NCBI GenBank assembly: GCA_965217865.1 | Contig: CBDCJO010000002.1 | Location: 3,488,001-3,552,000 of the forward strand | From: Candidatus Latescibacterota bacterium | GTDB lineage: Bacteria; Latescibacterota; UBA2968; SICM01 | Length of the DNA stretch: 64,000 nucleotides | Direction of reading: 5' to 3' | Part shown: positions 9,623-19,887 of the stretch, piece by piece | How positions within the stretch are numbered: the stretch's first letter is position 1 | How the letters are laid out: the number at the start of each line of letters is the position of its first letter | Made by a program: the position numbers and the translations under genes | Notes under the pieces: model-generated | Seen by the model: only the letters and a program-made list of their open reading frames with translations | What the model was told of the DNA's origin: nothing | Database searches by the model: none

Positions 9623-10654
9623 TCAGGCAGCCTTGTGGATGGTCTGGGATGTTCTTTGCCGATTGATTTCTATGCGGCGCTGCCGAGCCTCCTCCTTTCG
9701 ACCTTGTCGGTGGTGAAGAATCTTTTGATGCTGGCCTTTATGCCTCTGAAGAGGCGTGACATACTGTATTGCCCCGTGATAGCGTTCGGCGTTGTAGCTG
9801 TGAATGAAGGAATCAATCAGGCCTTCCAGTTGATGGAATGTGAAGATGTCCTGGAAGCGCAGCCAGTCGTATTTGAATGTCCGGAAAAAGGCTTCGATCC
9901 AGGCGTTGTCCGTGGGTGTTTGATATCGGGCAAACAGCTGCGAGATGCCCAGGTCCTTGAAGAATTGGGCCATCGATTTGGCCTTCATCTGAGATCCGTG
10001 ATCTGAGAGGGCTGTCAAGCTTATGGGCCCAGTGTCCAGGTCCAGCAGTCCTTCGTTGGCAAGGGCTTGATCCCAGGCCTGTTTGACCTGCTCCACGGTC
10101 GCGTTGAAGGAGAGCTTCCATCCTACGATCTTCCTGGAATACACGTCGAGAATGGCGGTAAAATACAGGAACAAACCGAAAAATGGGATGTAGGTCAGGT
10201 CCCAGCTCCAGACCTGATTAGGACCTTCAGGTTTGACCTGGGGCTTGCTCTGCTTGACCGGCGTCCTCACCTGTTTCCTGCGTGCCAGACGTTCTTTCCT
10301 GGCCTGTCGGTAGAAGCTGGAGGCCGAGGCCTGCACTACCCCCTTCTCTGAGGCTACCACCGCCAGCTGATGGGGAGGCAGATCGGCATAGGTCTCATCC
10401 CTTAAGAGGGCCGAGATTTGCTCTTTCTCCTCCCTCAGCAATCCGTGTGGGGCCTTATCAGGGGCGGGCCCGGGCTTCCCATCCAAAAGCGGGTCCGACA
10501 CCCCATCCAGCTTCTCTTCTCGATCTCGCCGGCTCCAGGCACAATACCGCTGGAGGGGAAGCTGTAGGATCTCGCAAGAACGGGTGAGTTTCACCCCTTT
10601 CTCCTTGGCCCGATGGACCATTAAGAGGATCTCGCGTTTGACCTCAGCTTGCAC
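9623..10654 (-). CDS. IS3-family transposase OrfB (rve DDE core)
   Basis: PNQVWSWDLTY, LDVYSRKIVGW, SDHGSQM, NAWIEAFFRTFK, YNAERYH. Confidence 0.9.
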   Translation of the reverse strand: MQAEVKREILLMVHRAKEKGVKLTRSCEILQLPLQRYCAWSRRDREEKLDGVSDPLLDGKPGPAPDKAPHGLLREEKEQISALLRDETYADLPPHQLAVVASEKGVVQASASSFYRQARKERLARRKQVRTPVKQSKPQVKPEGPNQVWSWDLTYIPFFGLFLYFTAILDVYSRKIVGWKLSFNATVEQVKQAWDQALANEGLLDLDTGPISLTALSDHGSQMKAKSMAQFFKDLGISQLFARYQTPTDNAWIEAFFRTFKYDWLRFQDIFTFHQLEGLIDSFIHSYNAERYHGAIQYVTPLQRHKGQHQKILHHRQGRKEEARQRRIEINRQRTSQTIHKAA

Positions 10655-10677
10655 CCGGTGGCCCTTGATCGGGCCTG

Positions 10678-11013
10678 TCAGATCCCATTCACACTTTTTT
10701 TTAGCAGGGAAAGTTCCACAGATTGCTCAATGATCGTTTGCTCCAGGCGTGCCCGCTCTTTGCGCAGCTGCTCCACCTCCTCAGCCGATACCATCGGCTT
10801 GCGGCTCCGGCGACCCTTGAACTCCTTGAGGGCCCCGGACTTGACCGACTCACGAATACGCTTTAGATCCGAGGAATGAATGCCCCATTTCCGCAGCACC
10901 TGTGCAATGGGAACATCTCCCCGGCTGGCTTCAAGGAAAATCTCATACTTCTGTTCCGGGGACAAGCTCCTGCGCTTCTTGACCGGGTCACTGTTTGAGG
11001 ACAGTTGCTCCAT
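10678..11013 (-). CDS. IS3-family OrfA (HTH plus leucine zipper)
   Basis: RRSLSPEQKYEIF HTH start; C-terminal coiled coil LRKERARLEQTI. Confidence 0.85.
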   Translation of the reverse strand: MEQLSSNSDPVKKRRSLSPEQKYEIFLEASRGDVPIAQVLRKWGIHSSDLKRIRESVKSGALKEFKGRRSRKPMVSAEEVEQLRKERARLEQTIIEQSVELSLLKKSVNGI

Positions 11014-11251
11014 CTTTACTCCTCCTGTGAGGTCAGGGATATCCCAAAATATGTATCCCTTCTCAACCCTACAGGCAACCAGGATCTTGCTTCGACCTTG
11101 CCCCCGTTTTTTCGGGCGATCTCAGACAAAAGATAATTTCGGGAGCCTGCAAACGTTATCGGCAATCGCCCTGTCCCCAACTAAACAGAGCTTATATCGT
11201 GCCGGAGCGGATAGTGACAGTGCTGTTGAATTCTGTTTAGGGAGTCGAGAA

Positions 11252-12466
11252 TTGAGTGATACACCTTCTTTGGTACGGCAGGATGCTGAGGAGATACTAT
11301 CAGACGCATTTTCAGGCCGTGTAGAACTTGGTAAAGCAGACAGTCTTGACAACCGACAGAATGTCTCTCGCTTTGGTGTTCTCTCAGGTCCGGAAGGCTG
11401 TCCGAGTAGCGTAGTCGTTAAGAGACCTGCTCTCGAGGAGGGCAAGATCTACGACCCCAAGTCTCGGGTTTGGACAAATCGAGGGTTTTTCAACGATTGG
11501 GCGGGATTGCAGTTTTCATCCGAAATATTTGATGCGCCTATACCAGTACCACAGCTATATGGTGGAAGTCGCAACAAAGGACTCATAGTCATAGGAGACC
11601 TAGGCAACGAGGAGAGCCTCGACGAAATATTGCTTGGAACGAATGGTCTCAAAGCGAAAGAAGCGCTCATCGAATTAGCGAAAACAATCGGTAGATTGCA
11701 CGCCGGATCGTTAGGTAAGGAAGCGATCTATGATAAGATCAGAAGAGCTCTTGGGCCAGTGGACGGGCGAGTACGCATATCCGAGGAATTAGATGATCTG
11801 CTCGAGAGATTCAATGAAGTATGCGAAGTTTTCGGGGTCCGACCTCGCAGGGGCTTTAAGGGTGAGCTGAAGGGAGCTGTGACGCCTGGAGTCCTTTGCA
11901 CGTACACTCACGGAGACCCATGCCCAGATAACATCCGATACGATGATTCAAGAGTAAAACTCATAGACTTTGAGAAAGCATGTTACCAAAATGCTCTTAG
12001 AGAAGGTGTTTACGGGCGGATGTATTTCCCCTCCTGCTGGTGTGTACGCAAAATCCCAAGTCTTGTCTTCCGTCAGATGGAGTCTGCCTATCGCATTGAG
12101 TTGGCTAAAGGTTGCCGAGAAGCTGAAGATGATACGGTGTTTTACCGAAGCGTTACGGCAGCATGCACCTATTGGGCAATTAGCGCATTCTACATGACAA
12201 CGCGGCCGAGCAATGCGCTCAAGGGAACATTGACTGATCTTGCGCGAAGGTTAGGTGTAGACATTGAGGACGAATGGCGAGGAATTACCGCTATTCGAGG
12301 CCGCATCTTTTCACGTATTGAGAAACTGGCACAGACTTCAGAAGAGTTTGGCTATTTCAAAGCAATCGGGGGAACTGCTCGCGACCTTGTGGGGAAGTTG
12401 GAAAAGCTTTGGCCGTCAGAAGTGCGAGAAATGCCTTTATATCCAGCTTTCAGATCACTTGATTGA
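11252..12466 (+). CDS. aminoglycoside phosphotransferase/kinase-like protein
   Basis: VVVK, Brenner motif HGDPCPDN, LIDFE; TTG start at 11252 with SD AGGGAG. Confidence 0.75.
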   Translation: MSDTPSLVRQDAEEILSDAFSGRVELGKADSLDNRQNVSRFGVLSGPEGCPSSVVVKRPALEEGKIYDPKSRVWTNRGFFNDWAGLQFSSEIFDAPIPVPQLYGGSRNKGLIVIGDLGNEESLDEILLGTNGLKAKEALIELAKTIGRLHAGSLGKEAIYDKIRRALGPVDGRVRISEELDDLLERFNEVCEVFGVRPRRGFKGELKGAVTPGVLCTYTHGDPCPDNIRYDDSRVKLIDFEKACYQNALREGVYGRMYFPSCWCVRKIPSLVFRQMESAYRIELAKGCREAEDDTVFYRSVTAACTYWAISAFYMTTRPSNALKGTLTDLARRLGVDIEDEWRGITAIRGRIFSRIEKLAQTSEEFGYFKAIGGTARDLVGKLEKLWPSEVREMPLYPAFRSLD

Positions 12467-12558
12467 TGCATTGTGAACGCGGAAGGTCTATGACGCACGA
12501 TGGATTGGCGTCCTGATTGGAGTTACCCCGGTTTAGCGGACGGTTTATCAGTTGCGAT

Positions 12559-13419
12559 TCATTCGGCTTCATGGGCAACAGCGCTGGAGGTCTGCTCAAA
12601 GTTCATGGGAGAGAGATATCCGAGTGCTGAGTGTCGCCGATGGGAGTTGTACCAGCCCTCGATGTATTGAAATACGGACATCCGAGCTTCGGCCTGTGTG
12701 CGGTAGTTTCGGCGATCCAGGCGTTCGCATTCGAGCGTGGCGAAGAAGCTCTCGCATAACGCGTTGTCGTAGCAGTCACCGGTGGAACCCATAGAGGGCC
12801 GGACACCGGCCTTGCGGCACCGTAGACCGAAGGCAATGGAGGTGTACTGACATCCCTGGTCGGAGTGATGGATGACGGCTTCCGGCTGTCGTTGCCAGAG
12901 CGCCATATTCAACGCCTCGAGCACCAGCTCGGCGCGCAGATGGGTCGCCATCGCCCAGCCAACGACGCGGCGGCTCCAGGCGTCCACAACGACCGCGAGA
13001 TACAGGAAGCCGGCCCACGTACTGATGTAAGTGATGTCGGCTACCCAGAGCTGGTCTGGCCCGTTAGCCGTGAAATCTCGATTGACCAGGTCAGCAGCGA
13101 CGCGCCCATCGCGATCACGGTAGGTGGTTCGATGCCGTTTGCGACGACTTACGCCCTCCAGGCCTGCAGCACGCATCAACCGCGCAACGCGCTTGCGACC
13201 GATCCGCTCCCCCTCGGCTACAAGCTCCTCGTATATGCGCGGGACACCACAGGTGCCATCAGAACACTTGTGAATCTTCACGATCCGTTCCGTCAGAGCC
13301 ACATCGGCCTGCGCTCGTGCCGACAGCGGCCGCTTGAGCCACGCGTAGTACCCACTGGTGGAGACTTCCAGGACCCGGCACATCGTGGCTACTTTATAGA
13401 AGGCCTGATTGGCTTTCAC
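12559..13419 (-). CDS. IS3-family transposase OrfB
   Basis: WVADITY, DAWSRRVVGW, HSDQGCQY, DNALCESFFATLE. Confidence 0.92.
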   Translation of the reverse strand: MKANQAFYKVATMCRVLEVSTSGYYAWLKRPLSARAQADVALTERIVKIHKCSDGTCGVPRIYEELVAEGERIGRKRVARLMRAAGLEGVSRRKRHRTTYRDRDGRVAADLVNRDFTANGPDQLWVADITYISTWAGFLYLAVVVDAWSRRVVGWAMATHLRAELVLEALNMALWQRQPEAVIHHSDQGCQYTSIAFGLRCRKAGVRPSMGSTGDCYDNALCESFFATLECERLDRRNYRTQAEARMSVFQYIEGWYNSHRRHSALGYLSPMNFEQTSSAVAHEAE

Positions 13420-13730
13420 GAACTCGTAGACTCCCCTGGCACCGAGTTGGTCTCCCGAGCGAACCAGGCCGCGGCTTTTGCAAGGATCTCCCGCTCCTGT
13501 CGCAACTGCCTATTCTCGCGGCGCAGTCGTCTGATCTCCTCCCGCTCCTCGGTGATCAGACCGTCACTGCGGAGGCCCTCATCCAGATCGGCCTGCCGCA
13601 TCCAGATCCGGATCGCCTGGGCCGACGGCTCGAACTCACGGGACAACTCATGGGGCGTGCGACCCGCTCGCACCAGTTCTACAATCTGCCGCTTGAACTC
13701 CGGTGGATACGGCGAATGTGACCTCGGCAT
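13416..13730 (-). CDS. IS3-family OrfA
   Basis: YPPEFKRQIVEL HTH; LRRENRQLRQEREIL zipper. Confidence 0.9.
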   Translation of the reverse strand: MPRSHSPYPPEFKRQIVELVRAGRTPHELSREFEPSAQAIRIWMRQADLDEGLRSDGLITEEREEIRRLRRENRQLRQEREILAKAAAWFARETNSVPGESTSS

Positions 13731-14039
13731 CGTAGCATCCTCCTTTCTGCCAAGTAATAAGGTATCCACGAAACCGGGTCAAGTCCACTATGCTTGCCAA
13801 ACTGACGTCCAGGAATGAGTTGGCTCTGCCAAAAGCAGCAGTTGCCGACTTCCAAGGCTCCGAGCGGTAGTGGAGGTGAGGCCGGTCCTGAACCGGGCCT
13901 CTTTGTCGGCCTAGGCCACCCGAATCTGCCCTGGGTTCGCAAACCCTGGGACGTTTTTCGAAACTGGCGTAGAGACAAACACTAAAACCTCACACCGGCA
14001 AATGGCCCATAAAAAGCTCTGGTTACGTGTGGGAACAAA

Positions 14040-14816
14040 ATGGAAGAACTGAACCAAGCCTGGAACGCCCTTAGGGCAACCCTACAGAACAATTTCTCAT
14101 TTTATGACATCAAGGAAATCGTCGGGCTTGCCGGCTTCGACCTGCCATCTATCTCACATCTTGAGCAGAAAGCAGGTGGGGGGGCATCAAAAGGCCAACT
14201 AATGACCGGGATTGACGGTGGCCTACTACCTGGACTCAATAAGCATTTCATCGCCATCGTGGCCGAAGAGGTACTGACAAGAGAACCTGATTTACGAGAA
14301 TCGCTTGATGATAATCTTTCGCGTTTGGGATGGTCTCTCAGTGGTAATGCTGTCATACCCATCAAGATTCTTGATACCTCTATTCTTTCCGAGCTTCCAT
14401 GCGAGTCCCAGCAGGATCTTGAAAAGGCAGCGCAACGCCTACGCGACGGGGACTTGAGCGGTGCCATTTCTTCAGCGTGCGGCGCACTGGATGCAACAAC
14501 TTCAGCCATCTATTCTTCCGCGAATCTTGGGGATCCGACAAAGGCCTCGTTCCAAGAGCGATGCAAACATTCATTGGCAGTGAGAGGTGTCAGTCCCAAA
14601 ATGGAGCAACAGCTACACGAGCTTTGTTGGAACGAAAAGGAAGTTATATGTTTCCTCAAGAATTTCAAAGGTGCTATGAATCATGGAGCTTATATAATGC
14701 AGACTTTGCGCTCCAATATGGGTGATGTTCACGGCACGAAGCCCATCCTGAAGCCCTTGGTATTCCACTGCTTGAGGTGGGCCGAACTTATGCTTCGTGC
14801 CCTCAACGAAGATTGA
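14040..14816 (+). CDS. abortive-infection C-terminal (Abi_C/HEPN-like) domain protein
   Basis: GDLSGAISSAC..LD, then the LRSNMGDVHG R-x(4-6)-H-type motif typical of Abi_C/HEPN domains. Confidence 0.6.
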   Translation: MEELNQAWNALRATLQNNFSFYDIKEIVGLAGFDLPSISHLEQKAGGGASKGQLMTGIDGGLLPGLNKHFIAIVAEEVLTREPDLRESLDDNLSRLGWSLSGNAVIPIKILDTSILSELPCESQQDLEKAAQRLRDGDLSGAISSACGALDATTSAIYSSANLGDPTKASFQERCKHSLAVRGVSPKMEQQLHELCWNEKEVICFLKNFKGAMNHGAYIMQTLRSNMGDVHGTKPILKPLVFHCLRWAELMLRALNED

Positions 14817-14850
14817 TTCCTGATATGACCCGGGAAAAGTGGACAGTGGT

Positions 14851-15690
14851 TTAAGCCGCTTTCTTCAGCGATAGCCGTTCAAAAAGGGCCGGGGACACAT
14901 AGTCCAGGTAAGCGTGCAGCCGCTGATTGTTGTAAAACATTTCGATGTACTCGAAGAGTTCGCGCTCTGCATGATCGAGGTCGATCAAGTCGACGTGATA
15001 CAGCCATTCGGTCTTCAAGGTTTTGAAGAATGACTCGGAGACGGCATTGTCCCAGCAATCGGCCTTCTTGCTCATGCCTTGAACAAACTGATGCGCGTCG
15101 ACGGCCTTTCGGAAGCCATCGCAGCAATACTGAATACCTCGATCGGAATGAATCATCAGATTCGGCTGCGGTCTGCGTTGCCATACTGCGCGTGACAGGG
15201 CCGTGAGTACCGTTTCGTGCGCCAGCGAGGTGCTGACGCACCAGCCAACCACGCGACGTGAAAACAGGTCAATGAATACAACCAGATACAGCCATCCCGA
15301 TCGACTGGACAAATACGTGATATCGCTGACCCACACTTCGTTGGGACGACCCGCGTCAAAGGACCGGTTCAGCAAGTTCGGGGATGCCTTCAGGTCGTGC
15401 TTCGTATCCGTGGTCACCACGAACTTCCGACGTACCTTCGACCGGAGGCCCTGACGACGCATCGAAAAGGCCACGCGGTTGCGCCTATACGGCTTTCCTT
15501 GTGCCGCCAGCGCACGGCTGATCTTCAGGCTCCCATACCAGCCACGGCTGGCCTCGCAGGCCGCTTTTACCAGGACATCCAGAAGAAGTCGTTCCTGCTC
15601 GCGCTCGCTCTCAGGGCGGGAAAACCAGCCATAGTAACCGCTTGTTGACACATCAAGCAACTTCGCCATCCTCTCCACCGAAAACTCCAA
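14851..15690 (-). CDS. IS3-family transposase OrfB
   Basis: WVSDITY, DLFSRRVVGW, HSDRGIQY, CWDNAVSESFFKTLKTE. Confidence 0.9.
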   Translation of the reverse strand: MEFSVERMAKLLDVSTSGYYGWFSRPESEREQERLLLDVLVKAACEASRGWYGSLKISRALAAQGKPYRRNRVAFSMRRQGLRSKVRRKFVVTTDTKHDLKASPNLLNRSFDAGRPNEVWVSDITYLSSRSGWLYLVVFIDLFSRRVVGWCVSTSLAHETVLTALSRAVWQRRPQPNLMIHSDRGIQYCCDGFRKAVDAHQFVQGMSKKADCWDNAVSESFFKTLKTEWLYHVDLIDLDHAERELFEYIEMFYNNQRLHAYLDYVSPALFERLSLKKAA

Positions 15691-15701
15691 GTGGTGGTCC
15701 T

Positions 15702-16028
15702 TTATGAACCTGAATCTGCTTTCGGTGTCTTTGAGAAGATGGCCACTACTTTGTTTAGGATGTCCCGTTCTTCCCGCGCGATGTCAAGCTCTCGACGTAA
15801 ACAGCGGTTCTCCTCCTCCAAAGGCTTCTGGTGACCTGTACCTGGGAACGCATCGATCGGGTCTGCCTCCAGCTCATCACGCCAGCGCCGGATCGCCCCC
15901 TGGTATAATCCCAGGTCCCGTTCTATCTGCCGGTCCGTCTTTCCACTGGTGTCAGCCAGACGCACCGACTCTCTCTTGAACTCAGAATCATACCGCTTTC
16001 CCGGATGTGAAGCTCCTTGACCTTTCAT
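15702..16028 (-). CDS. IS3-family OrfA
   Basis: RYDSEFKRESVRL HTH; LRRELDIAREERDIL zipper. Confidence 0.88.
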   Translation of the reverse strand: MKGQGASHPGKRYDSEFKRESVRLADTSGKTDRQIERDLGLYQGAIRRWRDELEADPIDAFPGTGHQKPLEEENRCLRRELDIAREERDILNKVVAIFSKTPKADSGS

Positions 16029-16328
16029 AGACACATCTCCTATACCTACAAAATATACTACCTCTTGGTGTGTCCACAATCCCCAAACAGGTCAATCTCC
16101 AAGCCCAGCTTTGCCCCACCAGGACATGGGGTCCATCGCGCCTAGTGAGATATTAGGGGGTCATGCAAATGGTCGAGAAACGCATGAATAGGTAGGAGCG
16201 ATCCGTCAGTTAGGTAGCGGACTGTAGAGATGATAGATGTTTGATAAATTGTCCCTCTTGGACATAAGGGCCTGTGATTCCCAGGGAGAGTTGATGTGCT
16301 CAGCAAGGAACTTTTCTCGACTCGCACG

Positions 16329-18794
16329 ATGATCGCTCATCTTTTCATCTCGTTGAGCCTCGCCGTCACAGGGATCGCTTTCTTCGCCTCCAGTGCGGGC
16401 GTTGTGTCCCCGGACTCCTTAGCTGTGTCACTGGATTCCTTACAAGCGGAGCTCGACTCGTTGATGAACGCTGCGCCGCGTTTGAAGGTGAGCGGTCAAG
16501 CCTTTGGTCAGGGAGTCGAATCATTATCTGAAGTTCATCCTGCGAACCTGGATTCGCTGGTGGAGGTGGCCACCTTGCTGTCGGAAGCAGGGGATGCAAA
16601 AGAGGCCGCTGTCGTCCACCGGACGCTGGGAGCTATCTACTTGGGCACAAAGCGGCTCGATGCGGCGGCGGAGGCGTTTGATCGGGCCCGCCGCCTCGAC
16701 GATTCGGCGTCGTCATGGTTTGGCTTGGGGATTGTCGCGGCCGCGGGAGACCGATCCCGGAAGCGGGAGGCCCCGGACCGGTTCCGGGAGGCCCTTGCCC
16801 GCGACCCGAAGATGTCCGATGCCCGCTATCGACTCGCCCTCGTGCTGCATAGCCTGGGAGAGGGGAATGCCGGATCGGAGCTGGAGCGCCTTGTGAATAC
16901 GGAACCGAAGTACATAGCGGGCTACCTCCTCCTCTCCGAGTGGGCTGAGCAGAAACCTTACGGTCTCGAAGAAGCCCTCGAATGGTGTGAGCGCGGCCTG
17001 AAGTCAAATCCGGATGATCCGGACCTCCTGGTCCGAAGGGAAGAGCTCAAGTTTCTCTCCGGTGGGGAGGACACTGGGATCAGTGTGTTGATGTCCTACC
17101 TCAAGAAGAGGCCTCACGAAATCCGTCTCTTGCCTCTGATCGGACAAGCCCACCTGAAGAAGGGGCGGTTGGGACCGGCGGATGCTATGTTTCGCGCCTA
17201 TCTGGACCGGGTCAGCCCTCAGGAGCGAGCATTCTACGATGACATTTCGCTGGTGGGGTCGCAGGAAGAGATAGAGGCATTTAGAGCCATCAAGCCGGAG
17301 GATGCCCCGGAGTTTCTGCGGCAGTTCTGGGCTCGGCGGGACATAGACCTGATATCTGGGGTTAACCGGCGTCGTCTTGAGCATTATCGGCGGGTGTGGG
17401 TGGCCAGGACGCAGTTCTCTAAGGGACAGACGCCGTGGGACCGGCGCGGGGAGATCTACATTCGCTACGGGGAGCCCTACTTCCGGCAGCGGTCGGGGGA
17501 GAGCAACTTCAAAAAGGCGATGGACCGGAAGGTACAGGCCGTGCGGCAGCGGCAAGCGTCCCGACTTTACGGCACTTTTGGATCGAATCCCCGTGGCATC
17601 CTTTGGCTTCTGAGAGGTTATTCCTATTCCATGCCCGACACTCTTGCGGACGTGCCGATGGACGTGGGACTGTACCAGGGTCCGGTTTATCCGTTGCAGA
17701 GGTTCGGGCGTGGCTACACCATTCTAGGGATTGGTGAAACCGTATCTGCGTCTTGGGAGAGCTGGATCTACCCGCATATCGAGGGGGGGATCGAGTTCGT
17801 CTTCACCGACGAATTCCGTGGATATGACTATGACTTTGCCCCGATTCCCACGATCTATATCCCAAAAGGTCCGCATGGTCCGCCAGCGGCACGATTTAAT
17901 AGGATCCCAACCATGGTGCGTGAAGGGGCTCCCGAGCAGGTCTTTCTCGCTTTAAAATCAAAGGCGCGGTCGTTGTATTTACCTGTGGATCTGACAGAGC
18001 CACTCACGTCTCACGTGGCAACAGTGGACTTCCGGGGAAGCCGCGACAGCTCACGCGTGGAGGTCTACCTGGAGGTGCCCGTCGAAGAGATCACTTCGAC
18101 GGAGCAGGGTTGGCCAGGGGAGCGGTGGGTGGTCGTGTACGACAGGACGTGGCGAGAGGTTCACCGCTCCATCGACCGTTCACCGCTCCAGGTCCTTCCG
18201 GGGTTCGATGAGGAGATCCTGGACGTGATGGCATTCAACTTGCCGGCAGGTGACTATTTTATGGCTGTGAAGGTCAGAGACCTGAAGTCCAAACGATCGC
18301 AGGTGGTCCGCGACAGCCTCCGTGTGGAAGGTTACGGTGGAAATAGCCTCCGGATGAGCGGAATAGAGATCGCCCGTAGGATTGCGCCCACAACAGAGGA
18401 AGGTAAGTTCGTGAAACAGGGGCTGGAGGTGATTCCCATACCTTCCCTTACCTTCAAACGGAATCAGGATGTCTTCCTCTACTTTGAGGTTTACAATCTC
18501 ACCCGGGACATGCGGGGATGGACGCACTACAAGGTCGATTATACTCTGCGTAGGCTGAAGGGGGGCATCGGTAATCCCATCCTGTCGGGTCTCGGACGGC
18601 TGATCGGAAGGCGTAAGAAGGAGGACGAGGTCACCACCTCCCACGAGTCAAGGGGAGAGACGATGCAGGAGATAATCCACACAGCGCTGGATTTGAGGAA
18701 GGGGAAAAAGGGGGACCATACCCTTCAGGTGACCGTTACGGACCTGAACAGTGGGATTGGAGTAAGCAGACAGACATCCTTCGTTCTTCGGTAA
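16329..18794 (+). CDS. TPR-containing GWxTD-domain protein (exported)
   Basis: signal peptide; TPRs; FLRQFWARRD...EHYRRV..AR..F...WDRRGEIYIRYGEP; WESWIY; C-terminal Ig-like YFEVYNL. Confidence 0.85.
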   Translation: MIAHLFISLSLAVTGIAFFASSAGVVSPDSLAVSLDSLQAELDSLMNAAPRLKVSGQAFGQGVESLSEVHPANLDSLVEVATLLSEAGDAKEAAVVHRTLGAIYLGTKRLDAAAEAFDRARRLDDSASSWFGLGIVAAAGDRSRKREAPDRFREALARDPKMSDARYRLALVLHSLGEGNAGSELERLVNTEPKYIAGYLLLSEWAEQKPYGLEEALEWCERGLKSNPDDPDLLVRREELKFLSGGEDTGISVLMSYLKKRPHEIRLLPLIGQAHLKKGRLGPADAMFRAYLDRVSPQERAFYDDISLVGSQEEIEAFRAIKPEDAPEFLRQFWARRDIDLISGVNRRRLEHYRRVWVARTQFSKGQTPWDRRGEIYIRYGEPYFRQRSGESNFKKAMDRKVQAVRQRQASRLYGTFGSNPRGILWLLRGYSYSMPDTLADVPMDVGLYQGPVYPLQRFGRGYTILGIGETVSASWESWIYPHIEGGIEFVFTDEFRGYDYDFAPIPTIYIPKGPHGPPAARFNRIPTMVREGAPEQVFLALKSKARSLYLPVDLTEPLTSHVATVDFRGSRDSSRVEVYLEVPVEEITSTEQGWPGERWVVVYDRTWREVHRSIDRSPLQVLPGFDEEILDVMAFNLPAGDYFMAVKVRDLKSKRSQVVRDSLRVEGYGGNSLRMSGIEIARRIAPTTEEGKFVKQGLEVIPIPSLTFKRNQDVFLYFEVYNLTRDMRGWTHYKVDYTLRRLKGGIGNPILSGLGRLIGRRKKEDEVTTSHESRGETMQEIIHTALDLRKGKKGDHTLQVTVTDLNSGIGVSRQTSFVLR

Positions 18795-18805
18795 AATGGG
18801 GCTGG

Positions 18806-19273
18806 TTGGGATATTATGTTTGGCGCTCTGGCGGAAAGGGCAGTGTCGCTAACTCGCTAAAAGACGCTACGGCTAAAGCAGTGAAACAAGACATCAATGA
18901 TTACAAACAGGTCTGGTCAAAAAAGGACAATAGCGAACAAGACAAGGCATCTTTTCAAGCTACGACATGGGCGACACGGCATGCAGGTCACCGTGTGAAT
19001 TGCCCATCGTGCAATTCTAAAGCACTCCTACAGGGCATCCCTAGTGGAACGGTCACAACCGAGGTGAGTGGGGAAGAGGTAATACAACGACAAACTCTGT
19101 TGCCTTCGTCATTCAAATGCATAGCGTGTGGGCTCCACATTTCCGGCCTCTCGAAGCTTTCCGCTTGTGGGTTGGGTAACGCATTTAACGAGAAGTCGAC
19201 CTACACGGCTGCCGAGTTTTTCAATCTTTACACCGAAGATGAACTATACGAGCCGGACTTCAACGAATATTGA
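18806..19273 (+). pseudogene. C-terminal fragment of a hypothetical Zn-ribbon protein
   Basis: CPSC and CIAC pairs; no credible start or SD; abrupt junction after the GWxTD gene. Confidence 0.45.
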
Positions 19274-19449
19274 TCGCTCCGCCCCGTTAGAGCGAACCTT
19301 TCCTAAAAAATGGTCGCTGTTAAATGGTATTTCGTATGGTGTTGGCATCCGAACTCCGCTGAAAGTGTGAGAATCAACATGGATCTGAGGCGTGGCGTAG
19401 CGGTTGTCCACTAAGAGCCTGTATGGAAATCAGGTAGACAAGACGGTCA

Positions 19450-19722
19450 GACCATGTGGCGTGCCTATATCACCCACCCCGAACGTTTTGTGCAGGGTCA
19501 CCCGCAGCCACCCGACCTGCCTCCCGAGGTCTGGATCAACCCACCCCGGATCTCGGATAAGTCCCAGCACGATCCACTTGTTATTTCGCCAGGTGACACC
19601 AAATCGAACTCGGTCCGATATCTGCAGAGGGATCCACTGGGCCGATGCCACCTCTAAAGAAGACGGCCGGAAACTTCACTAAATTCCAACTTTCAGTGTC
19701 TCAAAATTGTTGACACGTTCCG
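19450..19722 (+). mobile_element. 3' remnant of an IS3-like element
   Basis: AY.THPERFVQG.P..PDLP.EVWINPP tail and terminal TGTCTCAAAATTGTTGACACGTTCCG. Confidence 0.6.
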
Positions 19723-19887
19723 AAGCGCGGCTCAGTCCTGCGCTGCTTTGCGGCTTGCCGCTTGTCGCGTCGATTGTCCTACTGATTCCTCAGCTCGGGC
19801 CGATCTGGGGTTCGATTGGCGTCGTCGTATATGGCGGAGGGTCCATGTTGCTGATCCAGATCGTCCGGGATCTAGGTAAGGGCCTAG

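Larger units (their letters stand above)
9571..11137 (-). mobile_element. IS3-family insertion sequence
   Basis: orfA plus integrase-core orfB; imperfect terminal IRs TGTATCTATTCTGAGAT / TATCTTTTGTCTGAGAT; both ends recur at 38789 and 37203. Confidence 0.85.
12518..13787 (-). mobile_element. complete IS3-family element
   Basis: IRs TGGAGTTACCCCGGTTTAGCGGAC / TGGACTTGACCCGGTTTCGTGGATAC enclosing orfA and orfB. Confidence 0.92.
14821..16094 (-). mobile_element. complete IS3-family element
   Basis: IRs TGATATGACCCGGGAAAAGTGGACA / TGACCTGTTTGGGGATTGTGGACAC; orfA 15702-16028, orfB 14851-15690. Confidence 0.9.

Noticed and set aside
10880-11251. 528-aa ORF start for the phosphotransferase
   Set aside because: The N-terminal part is antisense IS3 orfA and IS end; a TTG with SD at 11252 is more plausible
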